Source: a virus (Duplodnaviria > Caudoviricetes). Taken from it: a DNA stretch of 39,962 bases. The DNA is taken from positions 1 to 39,962 of IMG/VR virus record IMGVR_UViG_3300031965_000081; one strand, given 5' to 3'. Shown here piece after piece: positions 9,699 through 17,833 of this stretch. The position numbers were made by a program, and so were the translations under genes. Under the pieces are notes generated by a model, which worked only from the letters and a program-made list of their open reading frames with translations, did no database searches and was not told the origin of the DNA. Positions within the stretch are counted from its first letter, which is position 1. Each line of letters begins with the position of its first letter.

Positions 9699-10763
9699 CT
9701 AAACTGAAGTTATACCGTCCAATACTCCGTTTCTGCGTGGGTTGTTGCCAATCAATTCTCCTCCTAGGTAGATGTGTGATACTACTGAAGCGGAGTTTGT
9801 TGGCTTAATCCAGTCAGACCAACAGAATCCAAGACCCATCATTTCAGAGTAATCGTTACCCTGAATATCTACGGACTTGTATTTAATTGGTGAAGCTAAA
9901 CCTGCTTGCGATGCCTTTTCGGCTGGAAGAGCGTAAAAGTCAAGGTAATCTTCGTTAATGAAGTACAATTCCCCTGCTGTTACTTTCTCATCTCCAAGGA
10001 TAGGAAATCCTTTGAAGAATAGGCCTGTAAAACCTGTTCCACCTGTAAAACCTGTTCCTGCCTTTCCATAATTGCCTCGTGTCTTGATCATAGACACATC
10101 CTTGTTGATTCTTTCTTGTGGCTGTAGGAGTTGCCCGTACAATGAAAAGACTGCTTCTGGAGTAAATCCACAAGTAGGACGTTGTGCGCCTGAAGTCACT
10201 GCATTGTAAAGAGTATCCATTTTAGCCAAAGTTAGAGTTCCACCTGAAGCTGTGTCTGTGCCTTGAATGGTCGTGTAAGTTGAACGAGATAGTCCTCCGT
10301 AGGTTGCTACTGCACCACCATCGTCCACGATAGCGGAAAGACCTAGGAAATCCTTTGAGCCATTTCCTGTACCATCAGCCATGAAAATAGTACCGATTGC
10401 ATCAGCCATATCGTGAGCCGAAGACATTACTTCTACTCCCATTAGGTCAATAACCTTTTCACTTCCGTTGTTTACCCATAGTTCGTCTAGGGGCAAAGCT
10501 ACTGTAATTTGATAGAACTTAGGACTAAACTCCAAGTTCTGTCGGTTGTCGGTTGCCGCTGTTGAGAAAGTATCAAAGCCAGCAAATGAAGTCCCGGTAG
10601 TGTTGCCACTTACCTTGATGGGAAATTTCATTTTCTCGCCTGAATATCTCTTGGCTGCACCCATTTGTCTTGTTGCGAACACATTACTTAAAAGAAATGT
10701 GTCTACCACGCTCGCCATGATTTTATCTTGGGTTGTCGTAGTTATGCGATTTCCAAATGCCAA
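9699..10763 (-). CDS. Major capsid protein (probable TTG start, 354 aa)
   Basis: Follows scaffold; GTGNGSKDFLGLSAIV, TYGGLSRSTY, NPRRNGVLDGIT capsid-like motifs; TTG at 10763 lies 1 nt after the HNH stop; alternative ATG at 10718. Confidence 0.85.
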   Translation of the reverse strand: MAFGNRITTTTQDKIMASVVDTFLLSNVFATRQMGAAKRYSGEKMKFPIKVSGNTTGTSFAGFDTFSTAATDNRQNLEFSPKFYQITVALPLDELWVNNGSEKVIDLMGVEVMSSAHDMADAIGTIFMADGTGNGSKDFLGLSAIVDDGGAVATYGGLSRSTYTTIQGTDTASGGTLTLAKMDTLYNAVTSGAQRPTCGFTPEAVFSLYGQLLQPQERINKDVSMIKTRGNYGKAGTGFTGGTGFTGLFFKGFPILGDEKVTAGELYFINEDYLDFYALPAEKASQAGLASPIKYKSVDIQGNDYSEMMGLGFCWSDWIKPTNSASVVSHIYLGGELIGNNPRRNGVLDGITSV

Positions 10764-10764
10764 T

Positions 10765-11403
10765 TTAGTGCCTTTCAGCCACCAACTGTTGTAAGTATGG
10801 CGACAATTCCGCTTCTCGTTCCCTACCCCTGGGGTGATGAGCGTGGCATAAGGTGATGCCATTGTTAATATCATATCTTAATTCGGGGTAATCTTTCCAA
10901 TTAAGAATATGATGTGATTCCAATTTTCCGTTGCAATCACGGTTGTTAATTTTACATTTCCAGTTATCTATTTTCTTTACTGCTAACATCCATTCTCGGT
11001 ATCTTCCGTCAAGATGTTTCTTGTCGCTTTTAACTAATTCATCTCTGTTTGGAATCCACTTATGATGTTTTTCTTTAGCTAACTGACCTTTCTTAAACCA
11101 ACTCTTATTACCTCTTGCATGGGCTTCCTCGGAAATCTTCCAACTTTTACCTAAAGTATTCTTATTTCCTCGCATAAAGATTTTAGCGGCTTGCCCGATT
11201 TTGTCTTTATGCGCTTGAGATAAAGGTTTTCCTTTTTTGGAATTTATCATCTTTAATTTAGATTTTTCATTCATTGGGATTCCCTTATTCCAAGTTTGAT
11301 GCCCTTTCTTAAAGCCATTTTTCCCTGCCCAAGGACATTTAACACCCTTGTTCCAAGATGTTTTACCCTTATTCCACGGAATATAACCTTTTGCAAAAGA
11401 CAT
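10765..11403 (-). CDS. HNH homing endonuclease with NUMOD3-like WNKG repeats
   Basis: PWNKG/SWNKG/TWNKG repeats; LESHHILNWKDYPELRYDINNGITLCHAHH. Confidence 0.9.
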   Translation of the reverse strand: MSFAKGYIPWNKGKTSWNKGVKCPWAGKNGFKKGHQTWNKGIPMNEKSKLKMINSKKGKPLSQAHKDKIGQAAKIFMRGNKNTLGKSWKISEEAHARGNKSWFKKGQLAKEKHHKWIPNRDELVKSDKKHLDGRYREWMLAVKKIDNWKCKINNRDCNGKLESHHILNWKDYPELRYDINNGITLCHAHHPRGREREAELSPYLQQLVAERH

Positions 11404-11428
11404 AATAATTCTTTGTTAAGTTTATAAT

Positions 11429-12169
11429 TTACCTCCATCCTTTCCTCAAATCAGAGGAAGTGTAGAAGTCTTTGTTCTCTTTTACTGATGTTTCCTTTGA
11501 AACAGTTGCATCTGCAATATTCTTTTTCACTTGGGTTTTTTGGGTTGTTTCCGCTTCTTTAGCTTTACCTAAGTCTTGGAGTATCCGGTAACCCTTGCGA
11601 TAGTCAAGATTGCCTTGCTCGTCTGTTGGAGAATATTCCAGCATTACTTTAGACAATTCATTCTTTTTACTTTCGTCTTTAGAGAAATCTACTTTGAACT
11701 CTTGCTCTACCTCAGAAAGTCTTTCATTTGTCCAGTTAATCCAATGCTCCTTTTCTTTCTGCTCTTGTTCTTGGGCTTGTTCTTGCTCTTGTACTAACTC
11801 TTGCTTTAATTGCTCTTTCAAACTTTGCTTTTCTTTAGCCCATACTTTCTCTACGTCCTCATTTTCGCCCACTAAAGACTGAACGAATTCGGACTTTTCC
11901 AATGAGTCTTCTTTTTCCAGAGCTGAAAGTCGTTCCTCTAGTTCGGTTGCCTTTCTTTCAGCTTCTTCCCTAGCTGTACGCATTTCTTCAAAAGCACTAT
12001 TTCGCTTTTGAATTGCCAAGTTGTCCTCATCTGGTAGATCTAATTTTTCGGGTAGCGACTCCGCAGGATTCTCCTCTTCGGTTTCCTCCTGTAATTCCTT
12101 TTCAACTGAATCAAGGTCTAATTCCTCTCCTTCGCGTGGAATATCCGCTAATAAATTTTCTTCCTCCAT
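11429..12169 (-). CDS. Capsid scaffolding protein
   Basis: Highly acidic coiled-coil 246 aa between portal and MCP. Confidence 0.75.
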   Translation of the reverse strand: MEEENLLADIPREGEELDLDSVEKELQEETEEENPAESLPEKLDLPDEDNLAIQKRNSAFEEMRTAREEAERKATELEERLSALEKEDSLEKSEFVQSLVGENEDVEKVWAKEKQSLKEQLKQELVQEQEQAQEQEQKEKEHWINWTNERLSEVEQEFKVDFSKDESKKNELSKVMLEYSPTDEQGNLDYRKGYRILQDLGKAKEAETTQKTQVKKNIADATVSKETSVKENKDFYTSSDLRKGWR

Positions 12170-12221
12170 AATTATCTCGGGTTTTATTTTACGTCCACTA
12201 CAAGGAAACGGACTTATTTAG

Positions 12222-12485
12222 TTAATAACCTCCTCTACTTTTCACTCTATTCATTGCTTGCACACGTTGCTCTGGTTGAGATGTGGGTCTCTTTGCTTGA
12301 GACGGTAATACTGGTCGCGCTGTTACATCTGGTTTTAGTGCTTTACCGGCAACACCTCTATTAAACGCAGCGTTTTTATTTGCATGTTCAAGTGCCTTGG
12401 CGTTTGGGGCTAGATTCTGTAACGCCTCTTTTTGCCTTAATCTTGGACTAGGTATCCTAACCTGTTGTAATTTATTCATTGCCAT
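12222..12485 (-). CDS. Small basic hypothetical protein
   Basis: 87 aa ORF overlapping portal stop. Confidence 0.6.
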   Translation of the reverse strand: MAMNKLQQVRIPSPRLRQKEALQNLAPNAKALEHANKNAAFNRGVAGKALKPDVTARPVLPSQAKRPTSQPEQRVQAMNRVKSRGGY

Positions 12486-14436
12486 TTTTTTGTTTCTTTT
12501 TATTTTCTAAATCGACCTTTGCTTTCGCCTCCGCCTGCTTAATTGATAATTTCAACTTCTCCATCTCTAAGTCGTGTTTTTCTTTCATGTTTAATATCTC
12601 CTCTACCCCCTTAGTCTGGTCAATCTCGGCTTTTTGGGCTTGAGCTTGTAAATCTCCTTGTCCTTTCATTTGTTCTAGTTGTGCTTTTTGCTGGATACTC
12701 TGGGCTTTAGCTTCTTGCTCTGGATCTGGTGGTGGTCCGCCTAGCTGTTGAGCTAATTCTGGGAATAGAATAAGTGGGTCTATCTTCCAAGCTGTTAGCT
12801 GTTCGGCTGTTTTTTTAGGATCGGGGAAATCTAGTTTTTCAAAGAAAGTTATCGGGTCTATGGCTCCCATTTCCCATAGAGTTACCACTTCTTCTCGTTG
12901 GCTCATAGCGTCTTTGGGTATCATTGAGCCGTCTTTTACCGAGACTAGGAGTTTTATATTTAAATCAGAGTTCTTGAGCTTTATGGCCTCCATTGCTTTG
13001 TTTTGTCCCATGAGCGTAGCAACATGTTCCTCGTCATAGTAGACATACATCATTTGGACTACATAATTATATACGTGGTCAGAAAATTGCTCTAAAAAGG
13101 TTGAAATTCCTCCTCCTATTCTATCGCTATCTTGGCCTTTTATCTGGAGTTTACCCCTAACGGTCTTGTCTTGGATCGTTCCTTGAGCACTTGAGCCTCT
13201 TACTCCAAAGATATTTCTCAGTTCATTTCGGTAGTCCAGCAGGCTTTCATAAACAAAATTAGCTAACGGTGGGGCTTGTAAACGCGCCACAGCTCTATTC
13301 ACATCTCCGTTAGGCACGAATATAGTTCCACCTTTCTCCACGGCTTTGCCTACTCCGGCCGCTTGTTCTTTAGAGAACGAATCTCCAGACACAGCTAGCC
13401 CTCCATTAGTCTTGTCTGCGTTCTTATCTATTTGCCTTAGTCTCTTATTAATTAAGTCTTGTAAAGGAAGGTTTTGCTGTATTAAGTTCGTATCATCATA
13501 AGGCCTAAGTCCTAGAGAGAAGACTGAAAGCATAGCGTAGGGTTTCTTGGGGAAGCTGAAGTGGTTTTTGCCTTCCACCTTTTGCTTCTCTACACTTCCA
13601 AATTCATTGGTCTGTTCACTCTCGGTCTCATAGTTCCAATGAGGATTCTTGGCTTTAGCCAAAACTTCATAGTCCATAGTCCAAAATACATAGTCATCAG
13701 TCCACCATTCTATGTATTGCATTTTAGTTCCTAGCTTGCCTTTACATTGGTCAGTTATGTATTTCTCGGCTTTCGGGAAACGAGCTATCAGGTTTCTAGC
13801 CGATTCTTTACGATATTCGCCTATATACTCCCCAGTGTATTCTGCTGATTCTATGCTTGCATCAGGGTCTAGGATGAGCTTCTGGGGACGTATAGCAACA
13901 CAAGTTATATCGTTTGCTTTGTTAGACCAACCAATTTTCATCACTCCGAGCTTGTAAAGGGACCAATAACGAGCTACTTGTTTGAGTTTTAGGTTATATA
14001 CTTGGTGATCCGCCCAAAATGTAAGCATCTTTCTAACTTTATTAGCCAGTGTTTGTCCTTCCGGAGTTTCGTCAGCGTTCACCACAGGATCAGCTTTAGG
14101 GCGAGTAGCGATAGGTAAAAAGGTTTCTAGGGATTCAAAAATTAAGTTATCTACAAGAGCATGACCATCTGTCGCCTTGCTTGTACCTTCGTATTGTTTG
14201 CCTAACCAATACTTCTCATTGTCGTCTTGGCTCTTGGCGAGTTCTTTTTCAAAAGGTGTCCATTGAGCTTTCCAATCTTTGGAGAGTTCTAATAGTTCTT
14301 CATCAGACATTGAGAGTTCTAGTTCAGGAGTGAGTTCACCAATAGTGCCTTCCTCGGTCTCATAAGAAGCACCAGTTTTTGTTTTGTTGGTGTCTTGACT
14401 AAGTGACAGATATCCTTGTAGTAAATCTGATGCCAT
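12472..14436 (-). CDS. Portal protein
   Basis: 654 aa after TerL; NEKYWLGKQ, DNLIFESLETFLP, LPLQDLINKRLRQI; C-terminal coiled coil. Confidence 0.85.
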   Translation of the reverse strand: MASDLLQGYLSLSQDTNKTKTGASYETEEGTIGELTPELELSMSDEELLELSKDWKAQWTPFEKELAKSQDDNEKYWLGKQYEGTSKATDGHALVDNLIFESLETFLPIATRPKADPVVNADETPEGQTLANKVRKMLTFWADHQVYNLKLKQVARYWSLYKLGVMKIGWSNKANDITCVAIRPQKLILDPDASIESAEYTGEYIGEYRKESARNLIARFPKAEKYITDQCKGKLGTKMQYIEWWTDDYVFWTMDYEVLAKAKNPHWNYETESEQTNEFGSVEKQKVEGKNHFSFPKKPYAMLSVFSLGLRPYDDTNLIQQNLPLQDLINKRLRQIDKNADKTNGGLAVSGDSFSKEQAAGVGKAVEKGGTIFVPNGDVNRAVARLQAPPLANFVYESLLDYRNELRNIFGVRGSSAQGTIQDKTVRGKLQIKGQDSDRIGGGISTFLEQFSDHVYNYVVQMMYVYYDEEHVATLMGQNKAMEAIKLKNSDLNIKLLVSVKDGSMIPKDAMSQREEVVTLWEMGAIDPITFFEKLDFPDPKKTAEQLTAWKIDPLILFPELAQQLGGPPPDPEQEAKAQSIQQKAQLEQMKGQGDLQAQAQKAEIDQTKGVEEILNMKEKHDLEMEKLKLSIKQAEAKAKVDLENKKKQKNGNE

Positions 14437-14442
14437 AAATAT

Positions 14443-14472
14443 AAAAAGGCAAGCCCTTGCGGGAACTTGCCT
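14443..14472 (-). terminator. Terminator-like hairpin immediately upstream of portal start
   Basis: Minus strand AGGCAAG-TT-CCC-GCAA-GGG-CTTGCCT followed by TTTT. Confidence 0.6.
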
Positions 14473-14523
14473 GCTCTGTGTTAGAGGTTAGACTTCTAAA
14501 AACTAAATTATACTAACATGTTT

Positions 14524-14534
14524 ATTATATCACA
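14524..14534 (-). promoter_or_regulatory. Extended -10 promoter TGTGATATAAT (portal operon)
   Basis: TGnTATAAT; identical 11-mer at 27928 and 28387. Confidence 0.6.
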
Positions 14535-14574
14535 AACAAAACAAAAAATAAAATGCAAATCAATATTAGAGCGT

Positions 14575-14802
14575 TTATAACTTTTTATGCCTTGCAGAAT
14601 ATAAAAAGTCGTGTCGCTCTATGCTTCCGATGTTTCCGTCTGCATCAAAGTTTAACATTATGTTAGCATTCTTATTCTCAAAGACTCCGTTCTCTAATAA
14701 GAGTTCAAATAGTTCGTGGTGTTTTTGAAATTTGATAAAAAGCTCTGCGTCAATTGGAGTGAGAAATATAGTTGTTGTTTTATTCTGTATCTCGCCAGTC
14801 AT
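14575..14802 (-). CDS. Hypothetical protein between TerL and portal
   Basis: Likely start MTGEIQ at 14802 overlapping TerL end. Confidence 0.65.
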   Translation of the reverse strand: MTGEIQNKTTTIFLTPIDAELFIKFQKHHELFELLLENGVFENKNANIMLNFDADGNIGSIERHDFLYSARHKKL

Positions 14803-16399
14803 TTTCTTTTTTTGGATATGAGAAATTAAAGAGTTTCTTTGGGTCAATGGCTGGAATTGTCTGGTCCGGCATCAATTCTGGGCTTTCTTTCATTGCTACA
14901 CTGTCCTCCATAAATATCTTAGCCCCACCTGTTCCGAATCTTGACATACCTGTACGCCAATAGCAAAGTGCATGTACGAAATGATCGTCATCAAATCTTT
15001 CCCATTTGCTCTCTGGCACACCCAAAGCGTTTTCTTCTGTGGTTCGGTAAATATGAGAAAAGTGTAAAGCTACATCATACCAATCATCTTCGCTTCCGTT
15101 TAATGGAATACGCTTGTCTCTAAATTCATCTATCACCATTTGTATCATGCGGTTACGGTCTACGGTTACATTACCTGTTTCATCATTCGCACCCCACCTT
15201 ACAAGTTGTAAAGTTTTTCGGTCTCTTTGATAGTGGCACAAGAATACTCTACCAGGGAATTGCTCTCGCATTTTTCTTGAACCGATTAAGTCTCCTCCTT
15301 GATCTATTACCATTATAGCGGTCGGGTATCGTTTCATCAATACTTTCAACGGCTCGTAATCTTTACAGTTTCCATTATAAAATAATCCTTGCCGATTTCC
15401 TATCACATACCAGATTGGAAGTCCGGTATCTACTCCAATAACTATTCTACCTTCTTGGTCGTTCACATCAGGAATACAATTTTTGAGAATGTCTTGAATG
15501 TTTACTTTGTCGCCACCTTGAGTGTAAGGAAGTCCTAGTACACGAGTATAAAAAGTATATTGGTCGCCTTTACTTGCGGTTATTATTTCTTTAGCTGTAA
15601 CCCATGAAGCAATAAATAATGGAATCCAAAAACCAGAATAGGGTCTAGTATCTGATATTTGATACTTAGATACCCACCTGCCTGTTTCTCGTTGCGTGTT
15701 GGTCAATTCTACGCCACACTTTTTGCAAATAAAGCAAGATTTCTCAAAATCTATGCTTTCTGGGTAATTCATGTATTCTTCGTGTCCGTTGTCGCAAGTG
15801 ATAAACCAATGCTTTTGGTCTGACTTTTGCCATGCTTGGTGAATGCCTACTTCGGGTAATGAAGGGTGAGAGAATAACCATTCCCATTTTACTTTACTGG
15901 CTTGAAGTCTTGATTTAAACTGCTTGATTATTTTCTGGTTACTGGTATCTATTTCATCGTGAATATTTAAGTCGGAGGAAAATGCAATAGCTTGTGATTC
16001 TTTCTCGGCTCCACTAAAAATACAATTAGACTTCCCTATTCTTTTCATGTAAAGATTGTCTGTCTTGTCTGTTGTACTCTTGAATGCTGGGTTAGCGTCT
16101 ATGATAGGATTTACTTTACCTTGCACAAACTTTTGCATAAGGTCTCCTGTGGGAAATGTGTAGATAGAACTTATTGCAAACATTTGGATTACTCTTAGAA
16201 CTTTTACAATGATAGATTCACTTGCTCCTACCTGCGCTCCTTTCATCCAGCATTGCATAGGAGATAAATCTGTAAAAGGTTCGGCTAGGAACTTTCTATC
16301 TCCATTAAAATACATTGGCTTGCCTGCGGATGTAACTATTCTGTTGGCTTTTACCCAATCAAGAATACTGACATCTGACAAAATAAATTCGTCTATCAT
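14780..16399 (-). CDS. terL: Terminase large subunit (lambda gpA-like family)
   Basis: KGAQVGASE Walker A-like, NIHDEID Walker B, FSHPS, Cys/His ribbon, IVIGVDTG and DDHFVHA nuclease motifs. Confidence 0.9.
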   Translation of the reverse strand: MIDEFILSDVSILDWVKANRIVTSAGKPMYFNGDRKFLAEPFTDLSPMQCWMKGAQVGASESIIVKVLRVIQMFAISSIYTFPTGDLMQKFVQGKVNPIIDANPAFKSTTDKTDNLYMKRIGKSNCIFSGAEKESQAIAFSSDLNIHDEIDTSNQKIIKQFKSRLQASKVKWEWLFSHPSLPEVGIHQAWQKSDQKHWFITCDNGHEEYMNYPESIDFEKSCFICKKCGVELTNTQRETGRWVSKYQISDTRPYSGFWIPLFIASWVTAKEIITASKGDQYTFYTRVLGLPYTQGGDKVNIQDILKNCIPDVNDQEGRIVIGVDTGLPIWYVIGNRQGLFYNGNCKDYEPLKVLMKRYPTAIMVIDQGGDLIGSRKMREQFPGRVFLCHYQRDRKTLQLVRWGANDETGNVTVDRNRMIQMVIDEFRDKRIPLNGSEDDWYDVALHFSHIYRTTEENALGVPESKWERFDDDHFVHALCYWRTGMSRFGTGGAKIFMEDSVAMKESPELMPDQTIPAIDPKKLFNFSYPKKENDWRDTE

Positions 16400-16911
16400 T
16401 TTATTTTTCTACCCCAAGTAGAAGTTGTTTTATGGCAAAGAAAACATAACACTCTACCATTATCTATTACGAAGCGTAATTCAGGATAATCAGAGAACCT
16501 TTTAATGTGGTCTACGTGTAAATTTTCTTTAGAACTACACCAAATACAAGTATAGTTATCTCTTTCTAAAACTGCCTTTTTCCATAAAAGATATTCTCTA
16601 GAATGTCTGATTCCTCGTTTGATTACAGTAATACCACCTTTCCAATTAGGGTTAGCAGAACCTGTGCGTAAAGGACATTTTATTCTACCTTCTTTAAATG
16701 CCCTTTTCATTGAGTCAGATTGCTTCTTTCTAGCCTCTAAAGACCGTTTTTTTCCTTTTTGAGCAATACTCATTTTTAACTTACTCTCCTCACTAAATTT
16801 TTTACCTTTATTCCAAACTTTTGTTCCCTTTTTACTTTTAGAAATCTTAGCTTTCGTTGCATCCGAGTGCGATATTCCTTTATTCCAAGCGACTCTTTTA
16901 TTACTGTTCAT
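16396..16911 (-). CDS. HNH homing endonuclease with NUMOD3-like repeats
   Basis: WNKG repeats, NPNWKGG, ERDNYTCIWC...LHVDHIKRFSDYPELRFVIDNGRVLCFLCH. Confidence 0.9.
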   Translation of the reverse strand: MNSNKRVAWNKGISHSDATKAKISKSKKGTKVWNKGKKFSEESKLKMSIAQKGKKRSLEARKKQSDSMKRAFKEGRIKCPLRTGSANPNWKGGITVIKRGIRHSREYLLWKKAVLERDNYTCIWCSSKENLHVDHIKRFSDYPELRFVIDNGRVLCFLCHKTTSTWGRKIK

Positions 16912-17362
16912 TTGCTCTTTGTTTGTTTATTGTTTTAAGAGCTTCTAATACTTTAGGATCAGTAGGGTCAATGTTCTTTACATTCATATTGATATTTATG
17001 TTTTTGTCTGGGGCGTAGCTTCCTTTTAGTTTGTAAGCACTATCAAGATATTTATGGCGGACTGCGAAGTCTGGCTCTACTCCTAAGTCATCTATCTCTC
17101 CTGTTTCATTATTATTTTTGTAAATATGTTTTCCCGCTTCAAGTCCTTCTAAATGTGTTTTCTCTAAAAGCTCATCTGGTATTCTATCTGCTATGGATTG
17201 TATTGCTTCTTTTATGTAAGGTTTAGTAAGGTTTTCACTCGCTATGCTTTTTGCTACGATATTATCTTTTACATCATAATTATTCATAACAGCTTGAGTT
17301 CCATTTTCAGTTTTAATGTAATCCTTTACGAACCCTTTTTGTTTTTTTGTTAACTTAGCCAT
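16901..17362 (-). CDS. terS: Terminase small subunit
   Basis: LTKKQKGFVKDYIKTENGTQA...ASENLTKPYI N-terminal HTH typical of TerS; upstream of TerL. Confidence 0.85.
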   Translation of the reverse strand: MAKLTKKQKGFVKDYIKTENGTQAVMNNYDVKDNIVAKSIASENLTKPYIKEAIQSIADRIPDELLEKTHLEGLEAGKHIYKNNNETGEIDDLGVEPDFAVRHKYLDSAYKLKGSYAPDKNININMNVKNIDPTDPKVLEALKTINKQRANEQ

Positions 17363-17593
17363 TTATTTGTACATTAAATCTTTAGGTGGTTCTCCATAGT
17401 ATTTTCGGAATATCTTTCCGGTTCTTCCTCCAGGTTGGGCGGTGTCTCTCTGGTGTTCTTTTAAATACTTCCGATTATCTATTCTCCCTGTTTTGTCTTT
17501 CTTGTAAGAGTTTTGGTGTTTGCACTCTACGCATATTTCTCTTATGCCGTCCGGTGTCTCCGTTATTTTTCTGAAGTTGTGGATGTGTTGCAT
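17363..17593 (-). CDS. Small hypothetical protein (HxH...CxxC)
   Basis: 76 aa; stop abuts TerS start. Confidence 0.65.
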   Translation of the reverse strand: MQHIHNFRKITETPDGIREICVECKHQNSYKKDKTGRIDNRKYLKEHQRDTAQPGGRTGKIFRKYYGEPPKDLMYK

Positions 17594-17832
17594 AAATAGC
17601 GTATATCTTCTTCTGGTATTATAACGTATTTTTCGCTGTCAATGTCTATTTCGTCTATATTGTAAGACTTGAAAAGAATAGTGTCGCCTACATTTACTTT
17701 TGTTACTTCGTCTCCGATTTCCAAGACTATTGCTTTTTCTGTTCGGGCTTCTTTTTCATCTACTTGTTCCATTGCTGAAAAATTAGACTTTGTGATTTCT
17801 ATGCGTATATTGTTTCCTAGTGGTTTTCCCAT
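17563..17832 (-). CDS. groES: Co-chaperonin GroES-like
   Basis: KPLGNNIRI, AIVLEIGDEV, VNVGDTILFKSY, YVIIPEEDI; adjacent to groEL. Confidence 0.85.
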   Translation of the reverse strand: MGKPLGNNIRIEITKSNFSAMEQVDEKEARTEKAIVLEIGDEVTKVNVGDTILFKSYNIDEIDIDSEKYVIIPEEDIRYLCNTSTTSEK

Positions 17833-17833
17833 A

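Noticed and set aside
10024-10058. 17-bp tandem repeat (GTGFTG x2) in MCP
   Set aside because: Small in-frame coding duplication with no sign of wider significance
10764-10874. N-terminal 37 aa of the track capsid ORF
   Set aside because: Overlaps the HNH catalytic region in another frame; not capsid-like
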